DNA from: an uncultured Candidatus Saccharibacteria bacterium
GTDB taxonomy: Bacteria > Patescibacteriota > Minisyncoccia > Phycocordibacterales > UBA9973
NCBI GenBank assembly: GCA_964401705.1
Contig: CAYNZJ010000001.1
Location: 69,648-117,327, forward strand
Reading direction: 5' to 3'
DNA length: 47,680 nt
Position numbers and translations under genes: made by a program. This document shows positions 15,854-24,800 of the stretch, one piece after another; the first letter of the stretch is position 1, and each line of letters opens with the position of its first letter. Below the pieces are notes generated by a model. The model worked only from the letters and a program-made list of their open reading frames with translations, was not told the origin of the DNA and made no database searches.

Positions 15854-17584
15854 TTAAATTTTATGGGAATTAGAATGAGATTCTTTGATAATATGGTTTT
15901 TAAGATATTCCATAGTTCCCCCGACTTTTTTACCTGGGTTTAGTATATTGTTTTTATCAAAAGTATCTTTTGTTTGTTTAAATAAATCATAAACATACGG
16001 GCCAAATTGTTGTAATAAAAATGGGGTTCGGATGATACCATCATTATGTTCGGCGGTTATTGAACCATTATATTTTAATACAAGGTCATAAACTTTTTCT
16101 GAAACTTCAATAATTATTTGTGCGGTTTTGGGGTCACTAAAATCCATAAGTGGGATAATATGGAAATTACCATTACCAGCATGGCCCGCTATGGTATAAG
16201 TTATTTTATAATTATTTAATAAACTAGTAAGCTCGGGTAAAAATTCGGGTAATGAATTTGGCGGAACAATAACATCATCAATAAATGGTGCTGTATGTTT
16301 GTTCTTAATATGTTTACGAAGAAGAGCAAAGCTCTCGCGACGAATATCCCAATATTTTGAAGCTTCTCTTTCGGTTTTTATGATCCGAGATTTATAATTA
16401 AATAATTTTATTTTTTCCAAAAGACCAACAGCATTGTTGTTCACCACTAATTCATTATCGCCAGAGAATTCAATAAGTAAAACTAGTTTTGGAATTCCGC
16501 CCAGTAACATCATCAAGGCTTCTGGCAGAAAGCTTGCCATGAATTTAATCATCCCCAAAAGGCCTTTATTTTTAAGAAAATCTGGGAAAAACTTTATTGC
16601 TAATTTCATAGTATCTTGGTCATAGGATTCTATGCTTTCAGGTTTAAAAGGTAAAATAAAATCAACCAAAGAACCCAGATTCTTTAGATCTTTCATAAAG
16701 ACAACAACGAGTTTGGTATGTTTTTTGACTTCAACTAAATGAAGAGTTATTTTAGTGACGATACCCAAAGTACCCTGGGACCCAACGATTAATTTAGTTA
16801 AATCAAAGATTTCTTTTTCTTCATCCCAAACATTCCAAAGATAATACCCTGCAGAATTTTTACTAACATTTGGTTTTGCTTTTGTTATTTCTCTTTTGTT
16901 GTTTTGAATTATTTGGAAAATATTTTTATAAATATCACCTTCAAAATCATTTTGTCCAATTTTGACGTATAATTCATTTTTAGTTAGTGGTTTTACCGTA
17001 TATTCATAACCATCAGCAAATACAACATTAAGCTCTTTGATGTAATCTTCGGTTTTACCATAAGATAAACTTTTTTCACCGGCGGAATTATTACCAACCA
17101 TTCCACCCATAGCATTAATGCTTTTAGATGCTGTATAGCAAGGTAAAATTAAACCAAGTTTTAGTGTTTCTTGTTCGAAATCACGATAAAAACACCCTGG
17201 TAGTACGGTGGCTTTACCTGAAATTGTTACAGGATATGATTGGTTAAACATTGGCTTGATTGAAAAATGATCAACCTTTACTACTGACTCAACCATATTC
17301 ATGTATCGAGTAAAATCCATAACAATGGATTCGCCAATTGCTCCTCCGGACATACAAGTACCAGCTGAACGTGGAGTAATAGATAAATTAGGATATGTAT
17401 CTTTGTTTTTATTTATAAAACGAACCAAATTTTGAATATCTAGAGAGTCTTTAGGATAAACAACTATTTGTGGACGAATGACAAAAATACTGGCATCATG
17501 TGAATATTTTTCCAAAGTTTCATCTGTTATATCAACATCACCCTTAAAGAAAATTTTAATTTCGTTCACTAATTTTTCTATCAT
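15854..17584 (-). CDS. FAD-binding oxidoreductase (GlcD / D-lactate dehydrogenase-like)
   Basis: FAD-binding PCMH-type region (PRSAGTCMSGGAIGESIVMDF, GSQGTLGIVTKITL) and a C-terminal GSITAEHNDG region. I moved the start to the ATG at 17582-17584 (MIEKLVNE) because the track's longer ORF overlaps the upstream terminator hairpin. Confidence 0.8.
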   Translation of the reverse strand: MIEKLVNEIKIFFKGDVDITDETLEKYSHDASIFVIRPQIVVYPKDSLDIQNLVRFINKNKDTYPNLSITPRSAGTCMSGGAIGESIVMDFTRYMNMVESVVKVDHFSIKPMFNQSYPVTISGKATVLPGCFYRDFEQETLKLGLILPCYTASKSINAMGGMVGNNSAGEKSLSYGKTEDYIKELNVVFADGYEYTVKPLTKNELYVKIGQNDFEGDIYKNIFQIIQNNKREITKAKPNVSKNSAGYYLWNVWDEEKEIFDLTKLIVGSQGTLGIVTKITLHLVEVKKHTKLVVVFMKDLKNLGSLVDFILPFKPESIESYDQDTMKLAIKFFPDFLKNKGLLGMIKFMASFLPEALMMLLGGIPKLVLLIEFSGDNELVVNNNAVGLLEKIKLFNYKSRIIKTEREASKYWDIRRESFALLRKHIKNKHTAPFIDDVIVPPNSLPEFLPELTSLLNNYKITYTIAGHAGNGNFHIIPLMDFSDPKTAQIIIEVSEKVYDLVLKYNGSITAEHNDGIIRTPFLLQQFGPYVYDLFKQTKDTFDKNNILNPGKKVGGTMEYLKNHIIKESHSNSHKI

Positions 17585-17617
17585 ATGTTTATTATAGCAA
17601 TTAATCTTATAAATACA

Positions 17618-17643
17618 AAAACCGCACATTTGTGCGGTTTTTG
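17618..17643 (-). terminator. rho-independent (bidirectional-looking) terminator
   Basis: AAAAACCGCAC-ATTT-GTGCGGTTTTT directly after the stop of the 17646-19586 gene. Confidence 0.7.
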
Positions 17644-17645
17644 TA

Positions 17646-19586
17646 TTATGGTTTAATTAATGTTTTACCTGGAATTTTGTTTTGACCTGATTCTTTATGG
17701 ACGGAATAAACAATACAAGCTTTTGAATCCTCATTTGCAAAATCAAAATCAGGAACTAAAAATGTTGTTATGTTTTTAAATGACGGACTTAAACCAAAAT
17801 CAGCATTTACACTTATTCGCATTGATTGACCAGGAGAAAGAGTTATTGGTTTGGAAAGTTTAATTGTTTGGGGAATTGGGTTTTTATCAACATCATAAAA
17901 TGGTCCTTTGAATGATTTAGTTGAACCGAGTACGTTATTTTTTTCATCATAGACTTTGTAATTAATCATATATCTTAAAGAAGAATTACCATTAGCTAAT
18001 TCAGTCCCAACTAATTTAATACCAGTAATAACAATATTACCATCAAAAACAACATTTCCTGGATCATCATACTTTAGAACCCAAGTTCCAATATTTTCAT
18101 CTACAAGAACATCTGATGAAAATGAAACTTTTATTGGATTATATGCAGTCACATTTAAATCACCACCTTTTTTAGAATATTTATAAGTTAAGACAACACC
18201 GCCGGCTAATTGCCTTTCCGCAGGACCAGGGTATTTTACACCATATTGTTTCATCTTATCCCAACTTACTCCATTAATAGATGACCAGACATCATAACTA
18301 AGGATACGCCCATTATCAAACCCCCCAAGTGTCCAAAGTTTATTATTAAAAGCAACCATTGTGGAATAGTATCTTGGAGACAATAGTTTAGTAGTATTGT
18401 TTGAAACCAACTTCCAATCTTTACCATTTGTGGTTTTTATAACCATCGGAGCTCCTGTTTTGCGATTTGATGATATAACCCAAGCTTCTCCACGGAAGAT
18501 TACAGGTATTGGATTTGTATTCCAAGCAATATCTAAAACTTGATCATTTTTACCATCGATTTTAAATTCACCTTCATCGCGCCAATTTACACCATCAATT
18601 GATGAATAGATCTTTTTTTGACTACCGTATTCGTCTTTATTATTTGTAACGACATACCAAATTCGCCCATTTAATACATATGCACCTAAAGAATTACTAA
18701 TGTATCCGCTTTTAGCATTACTTACTACATCTGAACCCCCTAAATTACCATAAGCGTTACCGTCCCATGGGTTTGTTTTTATTTCTTGGTTCCAAGTTAT
18801 TCCATCAACAGAGCTCCAAATACCCACAGATTTTTGACTTGAAATAAACCAAAATTTGTTTTTGAAATAAACCATTGAGCGATCATATTCGCGCAAAGTT
18901 GGAGGTAATTCACTAAGATATGTCCAATTGACCATATCTGTTGAATTGTAGACACTATTATCATGAGTTCCACTTGGAGTATATTTACCACCAAAAACAT
19001 AAGCTGTATTGTTAACTACGAGTGGCATTATTTCCCATTTTTCACCCATTGCTGTTGATTTGGCAACCTCTATCCAATTTTCACCATCAATTGTAGACCA
19101 AATATTAGAACTTCTACCTAGATTGTTTTTACTAAGGTCAAAAGTCTCTCCTAATAAAATATATAATTTTTCACGATCATAAATACCACAAGAATTTGGT
19201 AAATTAGCTTGGCCAAATTCAGGTCTTAAATTTGCAGGAACTTCTGCTGGTTTTTCATTACCACCCCGAAAGATAGATTTAATATTTTGAATTATTCCCA
19301 TTTTATTTTCTGGCTCTGGCTCTAATTCTGATTCTTCGTTTTCATTAAAATTAAATTCATCTAGGATGATTTCACCATTTTCATCAAACAAAACTGGTTC
19401 TGGATTTTTGCCTAAATCCAAATCACCTTCTTCAGATAAAGATTGAAAAACATTTGCACCTAATAAATTTGATTTTATATTCCTAAATGCTGGAATATCT
19501 ACACTTAAAATAGAAACAAAACAGATTATAACAAACACAACTACGAGCACGATTAGTCTTTGATTTTTTTGAGAATTACTATTCAT
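17646..19586 (-). CDS. membrane-anchored BNR/Asp-box repeat beta-propeller protein with a C-terminal beta-rich domain
   Basis: 646 aa with an N-terminal TM helix. Six S.DG..W-type Asp-boxes: STIDGENW, STDMVNW, SSVDGITW, SSIDGVNW, TTNGKDW, SSINGVSW. Confidence 0.6.
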   Translation of the reverse strand: MNSNSQKNQRLIVLVVVFVIICFVSILSVDIPAFRNIKSNLLGANVFQSLSEEGDLDLGKNPEPVLFDENGEIILDEFNFNENEESELEPEPENKMGIIQNIKSIFRGGNEKPAEVPANLRPEFGQANLPNSCGIYDREKLYILLGETFDLSKNNLGRSSNIWSTIDGENWIEVAKSTAMGEKWEIMPLVVNNTAYVFGGKYTPSGTHDNSVYNSTDMVNWTYLSELPPTLREYDRSMVYFKNKFWFISSQKSVGIWSSVDGITWNQEIKTNPWDGNAYGNLGGSDVVSNAKSGYISNSLGAYVLNGRIWYVVTNNKDEYGSQKKIYSSIDGVNWRDEGEFKIDGKNDQVLDIAWNTNPIPVIFRGEAWVISSNRKTGAPMVIKTTNGKDWKLVSNNTTKLLSPRYYSTMVAFNNKLWTLGGFDNGRILSYDVWSSINGVSWDKMKQYGVKYPGPAERQLAGGVVLTYKYSKKGGDLNVTAYNPIKVSFSSDVLVDENIGTWVLKYDDPGNVVFDGNIVITGIKLVGTELANGNSSLRYMINYKVYDEKNNVLGSTKSFKGPFYDVDKNPIPQTIKLSKPITLSPGQSMRISVNADFGLSPSFKNITTFLVPDFDFANEDSKACIVYSVHKESGQNKIPGKTLIKP

Positions 19587-19644
19587 TGGGGATTACATAA
19601 TATGATTAATATATACATTTTAACACTTTTCACAAAATAAATAC

Positions 19645-19672
19645 AAAAAACTGGGGATAAATCCCCGGTTTT
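19645..19672 (-). terminator. terminator-like hairpin after fba
   Basis: On the minus strand: CCGGGGA-TTTA-TCCCCAG followed by TTTTTTG. Confidence 0.5.
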
Positions 19673-19690
19673 CATCATAATTTATAAGTC

Positions 19691-20578
19691 TTAATTTATA
19701 TGATTAAATAATTTTAATCTAGATTCTACTATTTTTTCTATTGCTTCAACTGCCGGAGTTAATAGTTTGGCAGGGGTGATTTCATTAGGGTTTGCATCAA
19801 TTGCTTTATCAACCGCATCACGATAAGCCAACCTTAGCTCAGAATTTATGTGGACAATACAAATTCCAGATTTGATAGCATTGGTAAAGTCTTCATCGCG
19901 CAAACCTGACCCACCGTGCAGTACTAATGGGACTTGTGTAATTTCGGCAATCTTTTTAACCAAATCAGCATCAATGTGCGGTTTACCAGATTTTATAAGC
20001 CCATGAATAGAACCAACTGATGGAGCAAATAAATCAATACCAGTTGCATCAACAAAATCTTTTGCATCACTAGGTGTAGTTAAAATACCAGCACCTTCGG
20101 GGATTGATTCTTTGATATCAGACCCAGAACCAATAAACCCAAGCTCAGCTTCGACTAAAATATCTCGGCCAGTATTTTTAATAACTTCATGCGCATAATC
20201 AACACATTGTTTAGTTAAAGCAATATTTTCAGCATGGGGTAATTTTGCAGCATCAATTATAACCATATCAAAACCAATATCAATGCAAGCTTTGACAGAT
20301 TCAAAACTACTATGGTGGTCCGCATTTAAAAATATTGGGTAATTATCGCGTTCGCGAATGGTTTTAACAAGTGCGGTAACTTCAGCAAGTCCAGCGAATT
20401 TTTCCTCACCTTCACTAACGCCAATAATTACTGGCACTAATTCCCCTACTTCATCTGATAATTTTTTAGCCCCATTGTAAATACCGTGCAGGCCTTCTAA
20501 ATTTGAAATATTAAAATGCCCAATAGCTACAGATTTATCTTGAGCATCTTTTATATATTCACGTAATTTCTTAATCAT
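19691..20578 (-). CDS. fba: class II fructose-bisphosphate aldolase
   Basis: 295 aa. AIGHFNISN, LNADHH, ELGFIGSGSD, VLHGGSG and HINSELR motifs of class II ketose-bisphosphate aldolases. Confidence 0.85.
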   Translation of the reverse strand: MIKKLREYIKDAQDKSVAIGHFNISNLEGLHGIYNGAKKLSDEVGELVPVIIGVSEGEEKFAGLAEVTALVKTIRERDNYPIFLNADHHSSFESVKACIDIGFDMVIIDAAKLPHAENIALTKQCVDYAHEVIKNTGRDILVEAELGFIGSGSDIKESIPEGAGILTTPSDAKDFVDATGIDLFAPSVGSIHGLIKSGKPHIDADLVKKIAEITQVPLVLHGGSGLRDEDFTNAIKSGICIVHINSELRLAYRDAVDKAIDANPNEITPAKLLTPAVEAIEKIVESRLKLFNHIN

Positions 20579-20584
20579 AAGGGT

Positions 20585-20615
20585 ATTATAACATATAAAA
20601 AGCTCGTGCTATAAT
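20585..20615. promoter_or_regulatory. back-to-back extended -10 promoters for fba (-) and the PfkB kinase (+), both 6 nt from their ATGs
   Basis: 43-bp divergent intergenic region. Minus strand: TGTTATAAT (20585-20593), ACCCTT, ATG at 20578. Plus strand: TGCTATAAT (20607-20615), AGCCAT, ATG at 20622. Confidence 0.55.
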
Positions 20616-20621
20616 AGCCAT

Positions 20622-21620
20622 ATGAGTAATATACAATTTTTAGGTATTGGAGACATGGTAACCGATGCTTTTATTGACCTTAAAGATGCAGCAGTGCATT
20701 GTAATATTAATAATACGAGTTGCGAACTATGTGTTAAATTTGGACAAAAAGTCCCATATGAAAGTGTTACAGAGATTCGAGCTGTTGGGAACAGTATTAA
20801 TGCTACAGTATCGGCTAGCCGATTAGGTTTAACTACTGGAGTTGTAACTGCTACTGGAGATGATAGATTTGGAGAAGAAGCAAGAGAAACTTTGCAACAA
20901 GAAAAGGTTATAACTGATTTTGTTTACAAAGATAATCGTTACCCTACAAATTATCATTATGTATTAAAATACGGACCAGAAAGAACAATCTTAATCAAAC
21001 ATGCGCCGTTTAATTATGAATTACCCAAAGAAGATACAACTATTGGTTGGGTTTATTTTTCATCTATTGGCGAACATGCATTACCTTTTCATCATGAAAT
21101 AGTTAAATGGTTAAATGATCGACCAAATACAAAATTAGCTTTTCAACCGGGAACATTTCAAATGAAAGTTGGAACAGAAGAATTAAAAGATATTTATCAT
21201 AGAACCGAATTATTTTTTTGTAATAAAGAAGAAGCTCAAACTATTTTAAAAAATAAAACTGATGATATTAAAGAATTATTAACTGGTATTCGTGATTTAG
21301 GTCCCAAATACATCGTAGTTACTGATGGTCCCAAAGGATTATACGCATACAATAGCAGTATAAATAAATTCTATAGTTTACCAATGTATCCGGATATTGC
21401 CCCACCAGTAGAGCGAACTGGAGCTGGGGATGCAACATCATCTACAGTAACTGCTATGATAGCACTGGGTAAAAGCTTTGAAGAAGCGTTACCGTATGGC
21501 CCAATAAATAGTATGAATGTTGTACAATATATCGGTGCTCGTGAAGGTTTACTATCAAAAGAAAAAATTGAAGAATACCTGACCAAAGCCCCAGAGAATT
21601 ACAAACTTACAGAAATATAA
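20622..21620 (+). CDS. PfkB-family carbohydrate kinase
   Basis: 332 aa. N-terminal GIGDMVTDAF, and the C-terminal TGAGDA anion-hole motif (ERTGAGDATSS) typical of the ribokinase/PfkB fold. Confidence 0.8.
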   Translation: MSNIQFLGIGDMVTDAFIDLKDAAVHCNINNTSCELCVKFGQKVPYESVTEIRAVGNSINATVSASRLGLTTGVVTATGDDRFGEEARETLQQEKVITDFVYKDNRYPTNYHYVLKYGPERTILIKHAPFNYELPKEDTTIGWVYFSSIGEHALPFHHEIVKWLNDRPNTKLAFQPGTFQMKVGTEELKDIYHRTELFFCNKEEAQTILKNKTDDIKELLTGIRDLGPKYIVVTDGPKGLYAYNSSINKFYSLPMYPDIAPPVERTGAGDATSSTVTAMIALGKSFEEALPYGPINSMNVVQYIGAREGLLSKEKIEEYLTKAPENYKLTEI

Positions 21621-21623
21621 AAT

Positions 21624-21648
21624 AAAAATCCCCAAACGGGGATTTTTA
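21624..21648. terminator. bidirectional rho-independent terminator
   Basis: AAAAATCCCC-AAAC-GGGGATTTTT lying between the convergent pfkB-family and tkt genes. Confidence 0.7.
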
Positions 21649-21668
21649 TCAAAAAATTTTTATGTATT

Positions 21669-22664
21669 TTAAAGTAAACTTTTTACAGCACTAATTATAT
21701 CTTTGGTGCCCATGCCATAATGTTCGATTAATTCATCGGGTGTACCAGATTGACCAAATTTATCCTTCACTCCGATAAATTTAATTTTTATTGGATGATT
21801 TTGTGCTAAAAATTCAGCAATTGCACTACCCATACCGCCGGCGATTTGATGTTCTTCGACAGTTACAATGCCGGATAATTTTTTACCACCATTTTGTACA
21901 AATTCTAAAACTCCAATTTCATCTAGTGGTTTAATTGTAGGCAATGCTAACACTGATACAAATATTTTTTCTTTTTCTAATTCTTGGGCTACGGACAAGG
22001 TTTTGTGTACCAATGCCCCTGTTGCAATTATACCGACTTTGGCTGGTTTACTAGGTGTCCAATAAACATATGATTTCCCTATTTCAAAAGGGGTTTTGTT
22101 AGTTGTGATTATTGGTGTTTTTTCTCGAGCAAGCCTTAAGTAAGTTGGATTTTTTGTTTTAGAACAAGCAATAGTTGCTAAACTAGCTTGAATACTATCT
22201 ACAGGAGAAATTACACACATATTTGGGATAATACGCATTAAAGCAATATCTTCAATGGCTTGGTGCGTACCACCGTCAGGTCCAACAGATATTCCAGCAT
22301 GAGAGCCGACAATTACAACTTTACGATCATTATATGAAATAGTTGTGCGGATTTGCTCCCAATTACGACCTGGGCTAAACATTGCATAAGAAGACACAAA
22401 AGGAATCTTACCCATAGCCGACATCCCACTGGCAACAGTAACTAAATTTTGTTCAGCAACACCGACTTCGATAAAACGATTTGGAAATTTGTCGCGAAAC
22501 AAATGCATTTGAGTGGATTCGGTCAAATCAGCACAAATTCCAACGATGTTTTTATTTTTCTCTCCAGCTAAAAGCAAACCCTCACCAAATCCTTTACGAA
22601 TTGGTAGTTGTTCCACATCATTGTCGAACATTTTATCATTTAAATTTAAATTTGGATTTAGCAT
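21669..22664 (-). CDS. tkt: transketolase, C-terminal (pyrimidine-binding) subunit
   Basis: 331 aa. RKGFGEGL, EVGVAEQNLV, SHAGISVGPDGGTHQAIEDIA and EEHQIAGGMGS motifs. Confidence 0.9.
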   Translation of the reverse strand: MLNPNLNLNDKMFDNDVEQLPIRKGFGEGLLLAGEKNKNIVGICADLTESTQMHLFRDKFPNRFIEVGVAEQNLVTVASGMSAMGKIPFVSSYAMFSPGRNWEQIRTTISYNDRKVVIVGSHAGISVGPDGGTHQAIEDIALMRIIPNMCVISPVDSIQASLATIACSKTKNPTYLRLAREKTPIITTNKTPFEIGKSYVYWTPSKPAKVGIIATGALVHKTLSVAQELEKEKIFVSVLALPTIKPLDEIGVLEFVQNGGKKLSGIVTVEEHQIAGGMGSAIAEFLAQNHPIKIKFIGVKDKFGQSGTPDELIEHYGMGTKDIISAVKSLL

Positions 22665-22676
22665 GTTATTTAAAAA

Positions 22677-23543
22677 TTATTGATGTTCACTAATTATTTT
22701 ACCACCTAATGTGCGGAGTTCACGTAAGGCCATTTCAGCTTCTTCTTTATTTGGTGGTTTACCATGCCATTTGTAATCACGTTCAAATTCAGCAACCCCA
22801 CGCCCTGGGATTGTACGTGCAATAATAACTGATGGCTTTTCAGGGACAGCTTTGGCTTTATTAATAGCATTAAATACTGATTCAAAATTATGACCATCGA
22901 CTTCTTCTATATGCCAATTAAATGATTTCCATTTTTCAGCAAGATCATCCAGTGGCATTATGTCTTCGGTATTACCATCGATTTGAATATTGTTACGATC
23001 AACAATAGCAATTAAATTATTAAGTTTATATTTTGCTCCAAGCATTATAGCTTCCCAAGTGTTGCCTTCATTATGTTCCCCATCACTCATTAAACAATAT
23101 ATAAACCGGTTAGTATGAACTGAGTCAGACATTTTATCAGCCAATGCCATACCAACGGCCTGGGAAAGTCCAGATCCAAGTGGACCAGAACTATTTTCCA
23201 GCATTGGTAAATATTCGCGATGTGGATGACCTTGAAGACGGCTCCCAAATTTACGCAGTGTCATTAATTCTTCGACTGGGAAATACCCACTATGTGCCAT
23301 ACTAGCGTAAAGTACTGGACAAATATGACCATTAGATAAGACAAGACGGTCTCTTTGTTCCCAATCTGGTTTTTTAGGATTATGATTTAAAACTTTAAAA
23401 TAAAGTAGCGCAAAAATATCTGCCATACCCAGTGGTCCTGCAGTGTGGCCAGACTTAGCCTCGAGTAACATTGTAATAATGCTTTGCCGAATATCATTGG
23501 CTTTTTGTTCTAGGTTTTTTAATTCAGCATTTTCTAAAAACAT
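22677..23543 (-). CDS. tkt: transketolase, N-terminal (TPP-binding) subunit
   Basis: 288 aa. SGHTAGPLG, LSNGH, GPLGSGLSQAVGMA, MSDGEHNEGNTWEA and DRNNIQIDG motifs. Split-gene arrangement with the preceding ORF. Confidence 0.9.
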   Translation of the reverse strand: MFLENAELKNLEQKANDIRQSIITMLLEAKSGHTAGPLGMADIFALLYFKVLNHNPKKPDWEQRDRLVLSNGHICPVLYASMAHSGYFPVEELMTLRKFGSRLQGHPHREYLPMLENSSGPLGSGLSQAVGMALADKMSDSVHTNRFIYCLMSDGEHNEGNTWEAIMLGAKYKLNNLIAIVDRNNIQIDGNTEDIMPLDDLAEKWKSFNWHIEEVDGHNFESVFNAINKAKAVPEKPSVIIARTIPGRGVAEFERDYKWHGKPPNKEEAEMALRELRTLGGKIISEHQ

Positions 23544-23572
23544 ATAATTTATTATAACATAAATTATAAATA

Positions 23573-24286
23573 CTAATCATTATTTATTTCAAAAAATAAA
23601 TCATTAATTGCAAACGATGGGGTTTTGGATTTAAAGATAGCACTACCACAAACAAAACGAGTTACCCCAGCATCACGCAATGATTTGATTGTATCAATAT
23701 TAACTCCACCGTCAACGCTAATTATATGGTTTGGTAAATTTTCTTTTACAAAATTAATTCTATCAAATATGGTTTGGTCAAACTGGGCACCTTGAACACC
23801 AACATGCTCGATACCCATACACTGCACAAATTTAACCTCATCTTTTAAATCCATTATATCTTGTGGGTTTGTATCATGCTCGTATGCAACACCTAGTTCG
23901 ATTTCGTATTTAAAATAAGGATCTAGATTTTTTATAAAATCTTTAAGCTCATCTATTTTATTTTGTCCTGTAGGAAAATGAAAAATTATTCTTTTAGGCC
24001 CAATTTTAACAAGGTCATTAAAATGAATAGGAATATCATTAATCATTAAATCAATTTCATAATCAATATTTTCCCAATTTGGCATGCCAGTATTTTCTTG
24101 CAAAATATCTAACCAACTGTCTTGGTACAAATTATCAAACGGCCAAGTTTTACCAGTTGTAAATTTACCATCCATTAAATCAAGTTGAACAATAGGCACA
24201 CTAGTAACCACCTGATTTATTTTATCTTCTAAATCAAAATATGATCGTGGCATTATTGCGGGAATTATTTCCATATTGGTTAGCAT
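23573..24286 (-). CDS. rpe: ribulose-phosphate 3-epimerase-like TIM-barrel protein (divergent)
   Basis: 237 aa. IIPAIMP, VQLDLMDGKF, IIFHF, VDGGVN and VCGSAIF align by eye to the Rpe pattern, but two canonical His positions appear substituted. Confidence 0.6.
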   Translation of the reverse strand: MLTNMEIIPAIMPRSYFDLEDKINQVVTSVPIVQLDLMDGKFTTGKTWPFDNLYQDSWLDILQENTGMPNWENIDYEIDLMINDIPIHFNDLVKIGPKRIIFHFPTGQNKIDELKDFIKNLDPYFKYEIELGVAYEHDTNPQDIMDLKDEVKFVQCMGIEHVGVQGAQFDQTIFDRINFVKENLPNHIISVDGGVNIDTIKSLRDAGVTRFVCGSAIFKSKTPSFAINDLFFEINND

Positions 24287-24293
24287 CTAGCCA

Positions 24294-24740
24294 CTAGCAA
24301 CTAGCGTCTAGCTTGGTAATTCTTCTAATATGACGTTCGTCTTTTGAAAATTGAGTTTCAATAAAAAGTTTTACACAATCTAATGCTTGCTGGTTTGTAA
24401 TAAACCTTGCCCCAAGTGATAAAACATTTGCATTATTATGCTGACGAAGAAGCTTAATGATTTCAGTATCACCACTATAATAAACCCCAGCACGAATACC
24501 CACTGTGCGGTTAGCACACATGGCTTCACCTTGGCCTGATCCTCCAAAGATTATTCCAAAACTATCAACATCCCTAGACACAGATTCGGAACATAATTTA
24601 ATAAAGTCTGGATAATCATCAGTATCATCTAAATAATTTGCACCATGGTCAACTATTTCATAATCAAGATTAATGAGCTCATTTTTAATAAACTCTTTCA
24701 TAACGTACCCTGCATGGTCTGTAGCTAAATTTATTTTCAT
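24294..24740 (-). CDS. rpiB: ribose-5-phosphate isomerase B
   Basis: 148 aa. MKINLATDHAGYVMKE and GSGQGEAMCANR match the RpiB/LacAB pattern. Confidence 0.85.
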   Translation of the reverse strand: MKINLATDHAGYVMKEFIKNELINLDYEIVDHGANYLDDTDDYPDFIKLCSESVSRDVDSFGIIFGGSGQGEAMCANRTVGIRAGVYYSGDTEIIKLLRQHNNANVLSLGARFITNQQALDCVKLFIETQFSKDERHIRRITKLDASC

Positions 24741-24759
24741 AATTAGATTATATCACAAA

Positions 24760-24787
24760 AAGAAAAACCCATGTAATATGGGTTTTT
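24760..24787 (-). terminator. rho-independent terminator
   Basis: AAAAACCCAT-loop-ATGGGTTTTT after the stop of the 24801-25475 gene. Confidence 0.6.
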
Positions 24788-24800
24788 CTTAAAAAATAGA

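Noticed and set aside
17585-17629. N-terminal 15 codons (MCGFCIYKINCYNKH) of the FAD-oxidoreductase ORF.
   Set aside because: These codons run into the upstream terminator hairpin (17618-17643). The internal ATG at 17584 gives a typical start.
21669-23543. Split transketolase as a possible pseudogenised or frameshifted gene.
   Set aside because: The two ORFs correspond cleanly to the N-terminal TPP-binding half and the C-terminal pyrimidine-binding half. Each has its own start and stop, separated by a 12-nt gap. This is a well-known natural two-subunit arrangement.
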